Assembly (NCBI GenBank): GCA_947626765.1
Contig: CANQTQ010000005.1
Location: forward strand, 4,595-68,594
DNA: 64,000 nt
Direction: 5' to 3'
Source of the DNA: an uncultured Clostridia bacterium
GTDB lineage: Bacteria > Bacillota > Clostridia > TANB77 > CAG-508
Shown here: in pieces, positions 1 to 12,761 of the stretch
Layout: the number at the start of each line of letters is the position of its first letter
Position numbering within the stretch: position 1 is the first letter of the stretch
Program-made: the position numbers and the translations under genes
Notes under the pieces: generated by a model
Databases searched by the model: none
What the model saw: only the letters and a program-made list of their open reading frames with translations
Told to the model about the DNA's origin: nothing

Positions 1-686
1 TCTGCTCTAGGATCTTCATCACGGAAACATGGAGCTATTTGATAATATTTATCAAATCCAGATACCATTAAAAGTTGTTTAAATTGTTGTGGTGCTTGTG
101 GAAGTGCGTAAAATTCTCCTGGATGTAGTCTACTTGGCACTAAATAATCTCTTGCCCCTTCTGGCGATGAATTTGCTAAAATTGGTGTTTGAATTTCTGT
201 AAAACCTAGTTCATCCATCTTTTTTCTAAGCGTTTTCATTATTTCACTACGAAGTAAAATAGTATTATGTAGTTTTTCATTTCTTAAATCTAAAAAGCGG
301 TATTCTAGTCTTAAATCTTCTTTTACTTCTCCAGCTTTTTCTGAATTTATTTCAAATGGTAATACATTTTTACATTTTCCTAAAATTTTAATTTCTTTAG
401 CATCTATTTCTATTTCCCCAGTAGGCATTTTAGGATTTTTGTTAGAACGCTCTATTACAGTTCCTTTAACACTAATAACACATTCTGTTACAATGCTATT
501 TAATACATCTTTACTAATTGATTTATTATCTGCAGATATAACAATTTGAGTAATTCCAAATTGGTCTCGCAAATCTATAAATATCATTGATCCTAAGTTT
601 CTAATTTTTTGTACCCAACCTGCTATATTTACTTCTTGTTTTACATTTTTTATATTTAATTCTCCACAATTATGATCTCTATACAT
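1..686 (-). CDS. aspS: Aspartyl-tRNA synthetase, N-terminal part (runs off the window edge)
   Basis: Manual translation from ATG at 686: [10 protein letters not shown]...[17 protein letters not shown], then [55 protein letters not shown]. Confidence 0.95.
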   Translation of the reverse strand, partial: MYRDHNCGELNIKNVKQEVNIAGWVQKIRNLGSMIFIDLRDQFGITQIVISADNKSISKDVLNSIVTECVISVKGTVIERSNKNPKMPTGEIEIDAKEIKILGKCKNVLPFEINSEKAGEVKEDLRLEYRFLDLRNEKLHNTILLRSEIMKTLRKKMDELGFTEIQTPILANSSPEGARDYLVPSRLHPGEFYALPQAPQQFKQLLMVSGFDKYYQIAPCFRDEDPRA

Positions 687-825
687 ATTTTGTCCTTTCT
701 TAACTAATGCTTAATTGATACATTAAAAATTAGCATTTTACCTTATTTTTTCTTACACATTATACACCTATTTTTATTTATAAACAATAGGAATATTAAC
801 AATTTTAACTTATTTGCATAAATTT

Positions 826-977
826 TAGTTATAATACTTAATTGCTTAAATAGTACTATTTTTCGCAGTTTTGAAAGGTCCCGTTCTGACTTTTCTTCTT
901 TGAACTTGACTTCCTGCAACGGGCATTTGAAAAACAAGAAAATTAGTACTATTTAAGCTTTAATGTAATTGTAACTA
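826..977. ncRNA. Candidate structured RNA (long imperfect hairpin, 6S-like architecture)
   Basis: GCTTAAATAGTACTA pairs with TAGTACTATTTAAGC, inner CCCGTT/AACGGG stem, outer TAGTTA/TAACTA; lies between divergent aspS and asnS. Confidence 0.35.
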
Positions 978-1140
978 TTAAATAGTTGTTTAACAAATTA
1001 CTAAAATATATTGAATTTTGTTGTATTATCTTATATAATTAGGGTATTCTATTAATTAGGAAATATTTTCATTAAAAAGAAAGGTTAAGAAGATTGAAAA
1101 ATTGCAATCATATTTGTGCCTTAGGAAGGAAGGAATAAAA

Positions 1141-2532
1141 ATGGATAATGTATTAGTAAAAGATTTATATAGAAATACTGAAAACTATGTTGGTAAAAGC
1201 TTACAAGTTTCAGGTTGGGTAAGAACTATTCGTGATTCTAAAAATTTCGGATTTATTGAGCTTAATGATGGTAGCTTTTTTAAAAATGTTCAAATTGTAT
1301 TTGATACAGCTCTTTCTAATTTTGAAGAGATTACAAAGCTTTCAATTAGTTCTTCAATTATTGTTACAGGAGAGCTTGTAAAAACAGAAAATGCTAAGCA
1401 ACCTTTTGAAATAAAAGCAACAGAAGTTAAAATATTTAATCAAGCAGATTTGGACTACCCACTTCAAAAGAAAAGACATTCATTTGAATATTTAAGAACA
1501 GTTGGACATTTACGTCCTAGAACTAACACCTTTAATGCTGTTTTTCGTGTTCGTAGTGTTTTAGCTTTTGCAATTCATAAATTTTTCCAAGAAAAAGGAT
1601 TTGTTTATGTTCATACACCTATTATTACTGGTAGTGACTGTGAAGGCGCAGGAGAAATGTTTAGAGTAACTACTATGGATATGGAAAATGTGCCTAAAAA
1701 AGATGATGGGAGTGTTGATTATACTCAAGACTTTTTTGGAAAAGAATCTCACTTAACTGTTAGTGGTCAACTAGATGTTGAAACATATGCACATGCTTTT
1801 CGTAATGTATATACATTTGGCCCTACTTTTAGAGCTGAAAATTCTAATACTGTAAAACATGCTGCAGAGTTTTGGATGATTGAACCTGAAATTTGTTTTG
1901 CAGATTTACAAGATGATATGGATTTAGCAGAAGAAATGATTAAATATATTATTTCTTATGTTTTAGAAAATGCTCCTGAAGAAATGGAATTCTTTAATCA
2001 GTTTGTAGATACTGGTCTTTTAGATAGACTACACAATGTAATTAATTCTGATTTTGGTAGAATTAGTTATACAGATGCTATAAAAGAGCTTGAAAAAGTA
2101 AATGACCAATTTGAATATCCTGTTCATTGGGGTACAGATATCCAAACAGAACATGAAAGATATATAACTGAAAAAATATTTGGTAAACCTGTTTTTGTAA
2201 CAGATTACCCAAAGGAAATTAAAGCATTTTATATGAAGCAAAATCCAGATGGAAAAACAGTTGCTGCTTCTGACCTTTTAGTTCCTGGTATTGGAGAAAT
2301 TATTGGTGGTAGTCAAAGAGAAGATGATTTTGAAAAATTAAGTAACCGTATTAAAGAACTTGGATTAAAAGAAGAAGACTACTGGTGGTACTTAGATTTA
2401 AGAAAATATGGAAGCTGTGTTCACAGCGGTTTTGGACTAGGTTTTGAAAGAATGATGATGTATTTAACTGGTATGCAAAATATTCGTGATGTACTTCCAT
2501 TCCCAAGAACACCAAAAAATTGTGAATTTTAG
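1141..2532 (+). CDS. asnS: Asparaginyl-tRNA synthetase
   Basis: [12 protein letters not shown]-fold, [21 protein letters not shown] motif 2, GFGLGFER motif 3; ATG 1141 follows an AAGGAAGG RBS. Confidence 0.97.
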   Translation: MDNVLVKDLYRNTENYVGKSLQVSGWVRTIRDSKNFGFIELNDGSFFKNVQIVFDTALSNFEEITKLSISSSIIVTGELVKTENAKQPFEIKATEVKIFNQADLDYPLQKKRHSFEYLRTVGHLRPRTNTFNAVFRVRSVLAFAIHKFFQEKGFVYVHTPIITGSDCEGAGEMFRVTTMDMENVPKKDDGSVDYTQDFFGKESHLTVSGQLDVETYAHAFRNVYTFGPTFRAENSNTVKHAAEFWMIEPEICFADLQDDMDLAEEMIKYIISYVLENAPEEMEFFNQFVDTGLLDRLHNVINSDFGRISYTDAIKELEKVNDQFEYPVHWGTDIQTEHERYITEKIFGKPVFVTDYPKEIKAFYMKQNPDGKTVAASDLLVPGIGEIIGGSQREDDFEKLSNRIKELGLKEEDYWWYLDLRKYGSCVHSGFGLGFERMMMYLTGMQNIRDVLPFPRTPKNCEF

Positions 2533-2651
2533 TTTTTAAAAATGCATTTTAGTAAATAAAACCAAATATGTTATAAATTCGTAGTGTCGCATAGCAACAA
2601 CAAAGTACAAGAATTATAATATATTTGGTTTATTATTTTTTATAAAGTAAA

Positions 2652-3473
2652 TTACATTAATTTTCCTCTTACATATTCATATATAATAATACTTGCTGCA
2701 ACAGAAGCATTTAGGCTTTCTGTTTTGCCAAGCATTGGTATTTTAACTTTTTCATCTGATAAGTCTTGTATTTCTTTTGAAACACCATTTGCTTCGTTTC
2801 CAATTATAATTACTTTTTTATTATAATTTATGTTATAAATAGACTTATCTGTATCTAATGAAGTAGCAACTATTTCAAATTTATGTTTTTTAATCATTTG
2901 CAAAGTTTTTGCTAAATTTTCTGTTTTTATAATGTTCATTCTAAATATAGCTCCCATTGTAGAGCGTACTACCTTTGGATTATATGGGTCTGCTGAGTTT
3001 TCAGATAAAATAATTTGCTTTAAATTAGCACTATCTGCTGTTCTTAATATTGTACCTAAATTACCTGGGTCTTGAATTCCATCTAATGCTAAAATTATAT
3101 CTTCTGAATAATTAATATTTTCTATGCTATCTCCCTTTTCTACTACTGCCAAAATACCCTGTGGCGTTTGAACTTCTGAAAGCATATTAAATATTTTTTT
3201 AGTAACGTAAATACATTCATATTTAGCTATTTCATATAACAAACCTTGTTCAATTTGGTTATTTGGTTTAGCTTGATTTTTTAAGTTTTCTTCTTCGCAA
3301 TCTTCACAAATAACAATTGTTTTTATATTTACTTTTTCTTCTATTGCTTCTTTTACTAATTTAATTCCTTCTACAATATACTCATTTGTTTCATCACGGT
3401 ATTTTTTTTCTTTTAATTTTTTAATAGCTTTAATTTGCTCATTATCTTTACTTGAAATAATTTGCATACCCAT
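2652..3473 (-). CDS. TrmH/SpoU family RNA methyltransferase
   Basis: LDGIQDPGNLGTILRTA, IGNEANG and IPM.G..ESLNASVAA SPOUT motifs. Confidence 0.92.
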   Translation of the reverse strand: MGMQIISSKDNEQIKAIKKLKEKKYRDETNEYIVEGIKLVKEAIEEKVNIKTIVICEDCEEENLKNQAKPNNQIEQGLLYEIAKYECIYVTKKIFNMLSEVQTPQGILAVVEKGDSIENINYSEDIILALDGIQDPGNLGTILRTADSANLKQIILSENSADPYNPKVVRSTMGAIFRMNIIKTENLAKTLQMIKKHKFEIVATSLDTDKSIYNINYNKKVIIIGNEANGVSKEIQDLSDEKVKIPMLGKTESLNASVAASIIIYEYVRGKLM

Positions 3474-3551
3474 TTTTCCTTTCTAAAATTTTAATTTATA
3501 TATTTACATTTTATGAACTTTTATTCTGTTTTCGTATGACAAATTTCGACA

Positions 3552-6500
3552 TTACGCAACTAACTCCAAAAATTCTTTTACTTTTGAAAGCAATTCTTTT
3601 TCTTGTTTTTTTCCAATTTTAAATGTAACATATGGATTAATTCCTTCTGAAAATCTAATTTGAACACCATATTCTTTTAATAGATTATTTACCTTTTCTA
3701 CAGGCATTTTTTCTTTTTTAAAATAAAATACTATAGAATCTGGTCTTTGTGAAATTTTAATAACTCCCACTTTTCTTGCAAGCTCCTTAATTCTAGTTAC
3801 TTCTAACAAATTTTCAAGTTCTTTTGGAAGTTTTCCATAACGGTCTATTATTTCATCTATTACATTTTGTATATCTTCTTCTGTTCTACTAAGTGCTATA
3901 TTTTGGTAAATTTCAATTTTTTGGCTACTATTTTCAATAAAGCTATCTGGTATATAACTAGATACAGATAAATCTATTTGAATGTCTTGCTCTTCTTCTA
4001 CTTCGGTTCCTTGCATTTGTTTCATTACATCATCTAATAGCTTACAGTAAGTATCATAGCCAACTTGTTCTATATGACCATGTTGCATTTCCCCTAGCAT
4101 ACTTCCAGCACCACGAATTTCTAAATCTCGCATAGCTATTTTAAAGCCAGAGCCAAACTCTGTAAATTCTTTAATAGCTTTTAACCTTTTATCTGCTACT
4201 TCTGAAAGGAGTTTGTCTCTTCTGTAAGTAATATAGCAATATGCTTGTTTATTGCTTCTTCCTACTCTTCCTCTTATTTGATAAAGCTGTGCTAAACCTA
4301 ATCTATCTGCATTTTCTACAATTATAGTATTGGCATTTGGAATATCTATACCAGATTCTAAAATAGTTGTGCATACAAGTACATTTATTTCATGTTTTAT
4401 AAACATTTGCATAATTTCTTCTAGTTCTTTTCCAGACATTTTGCCATGTGCAAAGGCAACCTTTGCTTCTGGTACAAGTTCAGCAATTTCATTTGCTTTT
4501 TTCTCTATATTTTCTACTTGATTGTACAAATAAAATACCTGTCCATCTCTTTCTATTTCTTTTGTAATTGCCTCAGCTACAACTTCTTTGTCATATTCTA
4601 ATACATAAGTTTGAACAGGCTTACGATTATGTGGTGGTTCATATATAACAGACATGTCTCGAACTCCTACAATAGACATATGAAGTGTTCTTGGAATTGG
4701 AGTTGCTGTCATTGTAAGTACATCTACATTAGTTTTTAATTGTTTTATTTTTTCTTTATCTTTAACTCCGAAACGATGCTCTTCATCTATTATAAGTAAG
4801 CCTAAATCTTTAAATTCTACATCTTTGCTAAGTAAACGATGTGTGCCTATAACAACATCTATTTCACCTAATTTTAACTTCTTTATGATTTCATCTTGTT
4901 CTTTTTTAGTTCTAAATCTGTTTAGCAACTCTACTTTCATAGCAAATTCGCTCATTCTACTTTTAAATTCTTCATATTGTTGATTTGCTAAAATTGTAGT
5001 TGGTACTAAATATGCAACTTGTTTTTGGTCCATTACAGCTTTAAAGGCTGCCCTAATTGCTACTTCTGTTTTGCCATAGCCAACATCTCCACAGAGTAAT
5101 CTGTCCATAGGAGATGGCTTTTCCATATCTTGTTTTACTTCTTCAATACATCTTAATTGATCTTCTGTTTCTGTGTATGGAAAGCTATCTTCAAATTGCT
5201 TTTGCCAAGGTGTGTCTTTTGAAAAAGCAAAACCTTTAATTTTTTGCCTTTTAGCATATAGTTCTACTAAATCTTTTGCTACTTCTTCTAATTGTTTTTT
5301 TACCTTGTTAGTAGTAGCACTCCACTCCTTGCCTCCTAATTTATTAAGCCTTGGAGCTGTTTCTCCTCCACCTATATATTTTCTTACACTATCTAAATTA
5401 GTAGTTGGAACATATAATACATCATCATTTCTATATTTTATTTTTATATAATCTTTAGTTACATTATCTGCTGTAATTGTATTAACACCTAAAAATTGCC
5501 CTATTCCATGAGTTTGATGTACTACAAAATCTCCTTGTTTTAAATCTGCAAAAACTATTTTTTCACCTTGCTTAAATACACTATTTGTTCTTTTTTTCTT
5601 TTTTACAGGTTCTTCTATTCCTTGCTGCATATTAATTACAAGTAAGTTTAAATCATAATTTTCAAAACCTGAAGATAATGCACCTATTGTAACTAATATT
5701 TCTCCATCTTTTAAATTTTGTGGATTTTCTTCATATTTATAATTTATTTCATTTTCTTTTAATAACTCGCAAGTTTTTTTGCTATAAATTTCATTTTGAT
5801 TTAACAAAACTACTTTCTTTTTTTCTTTTTTATATGTTTTTAAATTAGAAATTAGCATTTCTAATTCTGGCTTATAGAAATTAATTTCTCTTGTTTCAAA
5901 ATAATATTTTGGCATATTTTTTATAGTATCATTTTGCTCTAAGTATATTATTTGCTTTTCATTAAAGTTATATTCAAAATTACTAATTTCTCTAATTGCT
6001 TCTGGAACAAATCTTTCTTTTTCTATTAACGAATCTATTAAATGATTATTGTCTAATATAATGTTTTCTTGTCTTTGTTTTATTTTTAAATTTTCATCTA
6101 AAAATATTAAATATTCTTTTGATAAATAATCTAAAAAAGAAGCACTATTTTCATAAAATTCATTAAAGTATTTATCTATTTTGCTAATGTAGTCTCCACT
6201 TTTTATTAATTCTATGTCTTCACTTTTGTCTGGGTACTTTTCTTCTATTTTTTTTACAGACTTAGCTAAATCTTCTACAACAAATTCATGTGCTGGAAAT
6301 ATGGTAATTTCATTTAACATCTCTGTAGACCTTTGCGAAGAAATGCGGAAATACCTAATAGAATCTACTTCATCTCCCCAAAACTCTATTCTTACACCAA
6401 CTGTTTCTGATAAACCCACATCTACAATTCCACCACGAATGCTAAACTGACCTTGATTTTCAATTAGTTCATTTCTTTCATAGCCAAGCTTTACAAAGGT

Positions 6501-6983
6501 TTCTTTTAAAGTATCTAAAGAATAGCTATTTCCTACTTTTAAGTCTATTTTATTTTTATAAAGTTCCTCTTTAGTAATCATTTTTTGCATTATTGCTTCT
6601 ATTGTAGTTACTATTATAATTTGGTTTGCTTCTTTTAAATTTTTATTATCATTAAGAAATATTTCATTTAAAATAGATATTCTTTCATAAGGTAAATCTT
6701 TACTTTCTGCAATATAGTCATAACTTGCTATTTCTCTTTTTGGAAAATACTTTACTTTTAAGCCAAAATTTTTTAAATCTTGGCTTAATTTTTTAGCTTG
6801 TAATTCATTATATGTAATAATACATACAGGCTTTTTTATATTATTTACTATTTCATTTATATAACAAGATTTTTCAACGTCAACTAAGCCCGATATTGCT
6901 ACCGGACCTTTTAATTTTTGTATTTCGTTTAATAATTCTTTAAACTTTTGGCTTTGCTCTAATGTATTTACTAGAAAATTCAT
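3552..6983 (-). CDS. mfd: Transcription-repair coupling factor
   Basis: CarD-like domain, [52 protein letters not shown]-terminus; start chosen at ATG 6983 (ORF track extends to 7052). Confidence 0.96.
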   Translation of the reverse strand: MNFLVNTLEQSQKFKELLNEIQKLKGPVAISGLVDVEKSCYINEIVNNIKKPVCIITYNELQAKKLSQDLKNFGLKVKYFPKREIASYDYIAESKDLPYERISILNEIFLNDNKNLKEANQIIIVTTIEAIMQKMITKEELYKNKIDLKVGNSYSLDTLKETFVKLGYERNELIENQGQFSIRGGIVDVGLSETVGVRIEFWGDEVDSIRYFRISSQRSTEMLNEITIFPAHEFVVEDLAKSVKKIEEKYPDKSEDIELIKSGDYISKIDKYFNEFYENSASFLDYLSKEYLIFLDENLKIKQRQENIILDNNHLIDSLIEKERFVPEAIREISNFEYNFNEKQIIYLEQNDTIKNMPKYYFETREINFYKPELEMLISNLKTYKKEKKKVVLLNQNEIYSKKTCELLKENEINYKYEENPQNLKDGEILVTIGALSSGFENYDLNLLVINMQQGIEEPVKKKKRTNSVFKQGEKIVFADLKQGDFVVHQTHGIGQFLGVNTITADNVTKDYIKIKYRNDDVLYVPTTNLDSVRKYIGGGETAPRLNKLGGKEWSATTNKVKKQLEEVAKDLVELYAKRQKIKGFAFSKDTPWQKQFEDSFPYTETEDQLRCIEEVKQDMEKPSPMDRLLCGDVGYGKTEVAIRAAFKAVMDQKQVAYLVPTTILANQQYEEFKSRMSEFAMKVELLNRFRTKKEQDEIIKKLKLGEIDVVIGTHRLLSKDVEFKDLGLLIIDEEHRFGVKDKEKIKQLKTNVDVLTMTATPIPRTLHMSIVGVRDMSVIYEPPHNRKPVQTYVLEYDKEVVAEAITKEIERDGQVFYLYNQVENIEKKANEIAELVPEAKVAFAHGKMSGKELEEIMQMFIKHEINVLVCTTILESGIDIPNANTIIVENADRLGLAQLYQIRGRVGRSNKQAYCYITYRRDKLLSEVADKRLKAIKEFTEFGSGFKIAMRDLEIRGAGSMLGEMQHGHIEQVGYDTYCKLLDDVMKQMQGTEVEEEQDIQIDLSVSSYIPDSFIENSSQKIEIYQNIALSRTEEDIQNVIDEIIDRYGKLPKELENLLEVTRIKELARKVGVIKISQRPDSIVFYFKKEKMPVEKVNNLLKEYGVQIRFSEGINPYVTFKIGKKQEKELLSKVKEFLELVA

Positions 6984-7234
6984 AAAGCTTAAATTCCTTA
7001 TTTGATTTTTTACCTTACTATTATAACACATATTAGTAAATTTTAAAACCAATTTTTTGTATTTTATACTATATATAAAAATACCCTATAATGTATTTTA
7101 TACTATATAAAAAATGCCCTATAAGGTATTTTACAGTTTTTCTGAATTTTTTAATGCTAATAAGCATATATATTATGTAGTGTTTATTGGTTTAACATTA
7201 AAAAGCCAAAATATACAAGATAAGGACTTTTCAT

Positions 7235-8404
7235 ATGATAAAAGAATTTTCTACTACTTTAGAAGAAGTAGACATATCTAGAAATAAAAAGGATTACACT
7301 AAAAATAAAATAAATATATTTGTATATTCTATACGCAAAAATGCAATAGCTATAGTATTTTGTTTGTTTTCTATTTTTTTAGTAATATTTTCTACTACTA
7401 ATTTAACTGCTGCAAAAAATGGACTTATATTATGGGCAACCGCTGTTGTGCCTTCACTTTTTCCATTTTTTGTTGCAACAGAGCTATTAAGCAATACTAA
7501 TATTATTTCTACTTTTGGAAAATATTTTAATATTATAATGAGACCACTATTTGGTGTTCCTGGTGAAGCAAGTTTTGCATTTTTAATGGGATTAATTAGT
7601 GGCTACCCTGTTGGAGCTAAAATAGTTAGTAATTTAAAAGAAAACGGAATTTGTACAAAAGAAGAAGCAGAAAGAATGCTTAGTTTTACTAACAATTCTG
7701 GTCCTCTATTTATTATAGGTACTGTTGGCGTAAGCCTATTTGGAAATGTTAAAGTTGGAATTTTATTATTTATTACACATATACTTAGCTGTATTAGTGT
7801 TGGAATTTTGCTTAATATAGTTTCACTCTATAAAAATAAGAAAAAAACTCTAAATAAAACCAATAAATATTTTATTAATAAGAATATGTCTTCTAAAAAT
7901 ACTGAATCACATAAAAATATTAAAAACATGCAAAATTTAAATAGTGTTAGCTTTTCTTCTTTAGGGGAAATTTTAGGAAAAAGTATTACTAATGCTACAT
8001 CTACTGTTCTTTTAATTGGTGGATTTGTTGTTATATTTTCTGTAATTATATCTATTTTAAATCAAAGTGGCATTATAAACTTTGTTTCTACTATTGTATC
8101 GCCTATTTTGTACATTTTTAATATTCCTATAGAGTTTGCAAATTCTATAGTATCTGGTTTTATTGAATTAACAAATGGAGTTAGTTTAATAGCTAGTACT
8201 AGCCAAATAAGTTTAATAAATATAAAAATTATTCTGTGTGCATTTTTATTAGGCTTTGGCGGTATATCTGTTTTGCTACAAGTATTTAGTATAATTAGCA
8301 AGTCAAACTTATCTATTAAAACTTATTTTATAGGAAAACTTTTTCAAGGAATTTTTGCAGCTTTTTATACATATATTGCTCTTGAATTATTTACTATTCT
8401 TTAA
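7235..8404 (+). CDS. ylbJ: Sporulation integral membrane protein YlbJ-like
   Basis: GL.LWA..VVPSLFPFF, GLISGYPVGAK, FTNNSGPLFIIGTVG, GFIELTNG, FGGISV..QV. Confidence 0.85.
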   Translation: MIKEFSTTLEEVDISRNKKDYTKNKINIFVYSIRKNAIAIVFCLFSIFLVIFSTTNLTAAKNGLILWATAVVPSLFPFFVATELLSNTNIISTFGKYFNIIMRPLFGVPGEASFAFLMGLISGYPVGAKIVSNLKENGICTKEEAERMLSFTNNSGPLFIIGTVGVSLFGNVKVGILLFITHILSCISVGILLNIVSLYKNKKKTLNKTNKYFINKNMSSKNTESHKNIKNMQNLNSVSFSSLGEILGKSITNATSTVLLIGGFVVIFSVIISILNQSGIINFVSTIVSPILYIFNIPIEFANSIVSGFIELTNGVSLIASTSQISLINIKIILCAFLLGFGGISVLLQVFSIISKSNLSIKTYFIGKLFQGIFAAFYTYIALELFTIL

Positions 8405-8501
8405 TAAAACTCATTTAGCATATTTTTTATTCTAAAGAATAAATTAAAATAAGGTTTATAGGTAGTTTCCTTTATAAAAACCTAAATTTATTATGTAAGG
8501 A

Positions 8502-8732
8502 ATGAAGTTTATGGAAAAAAATGAGCCTAATTTTCCACCATATATGAATATGAATTATGATAGTTACTACGACCCTATGATGGGAGATAATTATATGTTT
8601 AATCCAGTTATTCAGTATGAGCAGGCATACATGTATTATAGATATTTAACTCAGCAATTAGAATATAAAATAAAATGTAAGGAATATGAAAAATTAAGTG
8701 CAAGTTCTAAAAATGAAAGAAGACCTGAATAA
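8502..8732 (+). CDS. Small hypothetical protein
   Basis: 76-aa ORF with an AAGGA RBS, rich in Y/M/N. Confidence 0.55.
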   Translation: MKFMEKNEPNFPPYMNMNYDSYYDPMMGDNYMFNPVIQYEQAYMYYRYLTQQLEYKIKCKEYEKLSASSKNERRPE

Positions 8733-8887
8733 ACTTGTAATCTAAAAAATATATAAATTTGTAAGTATTTTTATCCGGTAATAATATTATTTTACTTATT
8801 AGTATATTCAATATTTCTATTAATTATATTAGTATTACTTTAGCCAAAAATATAAATAGTATTTTTGGCTAAAGAGAAACTATTTTT

Positions 8888-10102
8888 TTAGTTTACTTCT
8901 TTCATTTGTTTTAGCATGATGTCTGCAAATACTCCATAGCCAAGTGTTGGGTCATTAACCAAAACATGTGTTACTGCTCCTACAAATTTTCCGTTTTGTA
9001 TAATTGGTGCACCACTCATTCCTTGAATAATTCCGCCTGTTTTTTCTATTAGTTTTTCATCAACTATTTTTATTAGCATACTTTTATTATCTTTGTTATT
9101 ATTTAAAAATATTTTTTGAATTTCTATATCATAATAATCTCTTTTTCCATTTTCTAGTTCACAAATAATTTGTGCTTTTCCAGTTTGAACTTCTTCCCTA
9201 GAGCAAACTTCTATTGCATTAGAGTCTGAAACTCCCAAATATGATGGTAAGTTTAATTTTCCAAAAACTCCAAATTCTGTATTTTTAGAAATATCTCCAA
9301 TGGTATAACCTGATTCAATTGTTCCTCTAATTTCTCCAGGGTTTCCTTTTTCTCCCTTAACTACAGACAAAATATTTGTAGTTACAAGCTCACCATTTTC
9401 AATTTTTATTAATTCTGATGTATCTACATCTAATATTCCATGTCCAAGTGTACCAAACATTTTAGATGATGGTTCATAGAATGTAAGAGTACCTACTCCT
9501 GCTGCAGCATCTCTTACCCAAAGTCCTAATTTGTACTCATTATTTTGATTTTTTATTGGAGTTATACTAGTAGTAGCTGTTTCCTCACCATGCATATATT
9601 TTATAGAAAGGGCTTTTCCTTTGCAATCATTTACCATTTGCATTAAATCTTCTGTAGTATCAATTTCATTTTGATTAATTTGAATTATTATATCTCCTTC
9701 TTGTATTCCAGATTGTTCATATGGTTTTTTCCCTTCTATTTCAGACATTCCTACAACCAATACGCCCTCTGTATATAGTTTCATTCCTATTGCTTTTCCA
9801 ACAGGAACAACTGTAGTTTTTGGAATAACATTAACACTAATATTTTTTACAGAAAATAGTTTAAATAAATTTAAAGAATAATCTATTTTTCCTACTTTAT
9901 TTATTTTTGTTTCATTTGTACTTACTGTTTGTAATGTATAAGGAGCATCTTTTTCTTGTAAATAAAGTCCTGCTAACGTATAAATATTAAAATTTTCTCC
10001 TTGTAATAAAATGTAATTACTGGGAAGAAGTGTAATATTACAAACATAAATATATAGAATAAGTAAAGATAAAATTATAATTATATTTTTAATTTTTTTC
10101 AT
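8888..10102 (-). CDS. spoIVB: SpoIVB peptidase (PDZ + S55)
   Basis: LGLWVRDAAAGVGTLTFY, LGHGI.D, GGIIQGMSGAPIIQNGK.VGAVTHV. Confidence 0.95.
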   Translation of the reverse strand: MKKIKNIIIILSLLILYIYVCNITLLPSNYILLQGENFNIYTLAGLYLQEKDAPYTLQTVSTNETKINKVGKIDYSLNLFKLFSVKNISVNVIPKTTVVPVGKAIGMKLYTEGVLVVGMSEIEGKKPYEQSGIQEGDIIIQINQNEIDTTEDLMQMVNDCKGKALSIKYMHGEETATTSITPIKNQNNEYKLGLWVRDAAAGVGTLTFYEPSSKMFGTLGHGILDVDTSELIKIENGELVTTNILSVVKGEKGNPGEIRGTIESGYTIGDISKNTEFGVFGKLNLPSYLGVSDSNAIEVCSREEVQTGKAQIICELENGKRDYYDIEIQKIFLNNNKDNKSMLIKIVDEKLIEKTGGIIQGMSGAPIIQNGKFVGAVTHVLVNDPTLGYGVFADIMLKQMKEVN

Positions 10103-10298
10103 AGATGGTCTCCTTTTTATATAGAATAACCATCTTTTTAATTTTTAAACAATATTTAGTTTTTAATTAAAAAAGATATAATAATTGCTACTTCATTGAT
10201 TTTTAAAATATATTTTTTTAAAAACAATGATGCATTTTTATTATATCTTTTCATTATTTTTTTATTTAATTATGTTGTAAATGTGTCTATATTAAAAA

Positions 10299-12098
10299 TT
10301 ATGTTGTAAATGTGTCTATATTAAACCTATATAAGTCATACCTTTCGCGTCCTAAGGCTCTTATATAATATTCTCTTATTTCTTTTAGTCTTTTGTCTAT
10401 ATTTGAAACTTTAGTTACATCTGCTTTTATTACATCTTCCCAATTTGAATTTTTTTCAACTGTTTTTCCTGCTATTATTTCATCTGCAGTATGCACAGCT
10501 CCTGCATTAACTATACAATAATAACATGCTGTAATAGTTTTTATACTATTTCCATTCATTCTTGTTTGTGGATAAAAGTATAAATAGTTTCCTTCTGAAA
10601 TTCTAACAGTTTGTCTTACAAAGTTTAAATTGTTATATGCTACGTCTACAATTTTAAGTTTAGTGTCACTTTCCGGTTTTGCAAGTTCCATACAACCTGG
10701 AAGATGATATTCTCTTTGCCCTGAAGCATTTTCTGTAATAATATAAATATTTTCTTTATTAACTGTTTCTTCATTATTGTCATTTGTAATTACACAATAA
10801 TTATTAAAATATTTGTGTCCAATTGGTATTCCTTGTAAAAATGATATAATTGATACTTTACTTGTTATTTTTGCCCAGTCAACTTCACTCATTACTGGAA
10901 GTCTAAATTCATAAAAGGTATCATTAAAATCACTATATTGTGCAATGGCTGTTGTTAAGTTTGTTTCAATTGATTTACGAATTACTTGCATACGAATTTC
11001 ATTAAATGTTGAGCCAGAAAGTAGTGGGTCATTATTTTCATCTGGAACAAAAATTTCATCATTACCAGTATCTACAGTAAATTTAATTGCATTTCCATTT
11101 ACATCTTTAGCATCAACTTGGGAAATGTTTCTTGTTAAGTTCATTATTTTTTCACTAAATTCTTTTGCAGTTTTATAATATTCAATACTACTTGTACTAT
11201 ATAAATGTCCCCCTGATTTTCTAGCATCTAAATACTCATTTATATTTCTATTACCTGATGATACTGTTAAATATGTTTTTTCATAATTTTGATAAAAGAA
11301 ATATTTATCTTGTTCTCTATCATAATAAATTTTTTGTCCATTATATACAATATAATCATAATCATTTTGGTCTCCATTTGCAAATAGCAAATGCTCTGTT
11401 AATAATTCAGGTTTTATTTCTACATCATCACTAGTAGTACTTGAATTATTACTATAAGTTAAACGCCAAGATAATGGATTAGACATATTTAAATTATTTG
11501 TTCCTTGAACATTATTTGGATTTATTAAATAGCCCGAATATGTTTTATAGCCTTCTCCTAAATCTCCATAAATTGTAATTGCATTATCTAAAGTAAAATT
11601 AACAACAAAATCTTTTTGACCTTTTTTGAATCTACATGAGTAATATATATATGGTTTTAATCCCTCATTTTCATATTCTTCTCCTTTTAAAGTTTCTGCA
11701 TTAATTTGAGGCTTACCTATAGTAATATTTTTTCCACCATATACATTTTCATATTTACTATAAATATAATAACCATCATATAAGGTAAAAACTAAAGCTG
11801 GTACAAATTCACTTATATCTTCTATTCGCATATCTTGGTTTGTGGCTAAAGATTCATAAAACGTTGATGCCGCAGCTTCTATATCTCTAATTTTAGAATT
11901 AGCAACACTAGAATACCTATTGTTAGCAGTATTAATTTGAAATGCTCTCATACAGTCATAAGTACAATTTTCTAATTTTGTATTATATTCAATTTGTAAA
12001 TTAATAGTGTCTATTTGGGAACCAATATAAAAAGACATTGTCATAGCAATAGGCAAAATAATTACTATAAAAATAACTGCAATATATTGTATCTTCAT
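10299..12098 (-). CDS. Large membrane-anchored protein at the end of the Tad-like pilus locus
   Basis: N-terminal TM segment, 599 aa, co-oriented last gene of the pilus cluster. Confidence 0.6.
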   Translation of the reverse strand: MKIQYIAVIFIVIILPIAMTMSFYIGSQIDTINLQIEYNTKLENCTYDCMRAFQINTANNRYSSVANSKIRDIEAAASTFYESLATNQDMRIEDISEFVPALVFTLYDGYYIYSKYENVYGGKNITIGKPQINAETLKGEEYENEGLKPYIYYSCRFKKGQKDFVVNFTLDNAITIYGDLGEGYKTYSGYLINPNNVQGTNNLNMSNPLSWRLTYSNNSSTTSDDVEIKPELLTEHLLFANGDQNDYDYIVYNGQKIYYDREQDKYFFYQNYEKTYLTVSSGNRNINEYLDARKSGGHLYSTSSIEYYKTAKEFSEKIMNLTRNISQVDAKDVNGNAIKFTVDTGNDEIFVPDENNDPLLSGSTFNEIRMQVIRKSIETNLTTAIAQYSDFNDTFYEFRLPVMSEVDWAKITSKVSIISFLQGIPIGHKYFNNYCVITNDNNEETVNKENIYIITENASGQREYHLPGCMELAKPESDTKLKIVDVAYNNLNFVRQTVRISEGNYLYFYPQTRMNGNSIKTITACYYCIVNAGAVHTADEIIAGKTVEKNSNWEDVIKADVTKVSNIDKRLKEIREYYIRALGRERYDLYRFNIDTFTT

Positions 12099-12215
12099 GC
12101 TTTTTTCCTTTCTTTAGTAATTTTATTATATTAAAAAGGAGTGGCTTTACCACCCCCTACATTTTTTTAAATTATAGGGATTATAATAATCCCAAAGGAT
12201 TTATGTTTATAATAT

Positions 12216-12740
12216 TTAGTTGCTTCCATTTACAGTAATTATTGCATTTCCTTTTGCTACTATTTGACCAGAACCATCTCCTGTAATTTGATAGAAGAAG
12301 TTTCTTAATAATTGAGCTATTGTTTGGTTTGTATTTTTAACTGTAACAGAAATCATATCTCCTTCTTTTAGTTTGATTTTACCGTTTTTGTTTAGTTCTT
12401 CTTGTATTTGGCTAGTATATGATTTATAGTATATGTTTTCTCCTATTTTAGTCATTTCTGCTTGTGAAACTTTTACTCCTGGATTTTCATCTAATTGGTG
12501 AATTATTAGTTCCACTTCAAATGAGTTTCCTGTTGATGAAATAGTCTGTAAATATTTTTCATAATCATCTAGTGTTAGCTTTCCTGTTGTTCTAATATTA
12601 TTAATAAATTCATCTGTAGTTGAATTAAGCATAAGTTCTGAAATGTCATCTGTTCTTTCAGACAATGACATAAGTGGAAATACAAACATTAAAACAGCAG
12701 CTAATCCTATTGCAATAATTGTAATTAAACTATCTCCCAT
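12216..12740 (-). CDS. Pilin/pseudopilin-like protein (TadE-like)
   Basis: N-terminal hydrophobic helix MGDSLITIIAIGLAAVLMFVFPLM; context in Tad-like cluster. Confidence 0.55.
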   Translation of the reverse strand: MGDSLITIIAIGLAAVLMFVFPLMSLSERTDDISELMLNSTTDEFINNIRTTGKLTLDDYEKYLQTISSTGNSFEVELIIHQLDENPGVKVSQAEMTKIGENIYYKSYTSQIQEELNKNGKIKLKEGDMISVTVKNTNQTIAQLLRNFFYQITGDGSGQIVAKGNAIITVNGSN

Positions 12741-12761
12741 AATATTTACTCCTTCTTTTTA

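Noticed and set aside
687-1140. T-box leaders for aspS/asnS
   Set aside because: No GGTGGNACCGCG-type T-box sequence on either strand
7053-7140. Two ~32-bp direct repeats between mfd and ylbJ
   Set aside because: Only two AT-rich copies without unique spacers; not a CRISPR array
10268-10325. Exact 29-bp tandem duplication at the 3' end of ORF 10299
   Set aside because: Local slippage duplication with no effect on the coding frame; only two units
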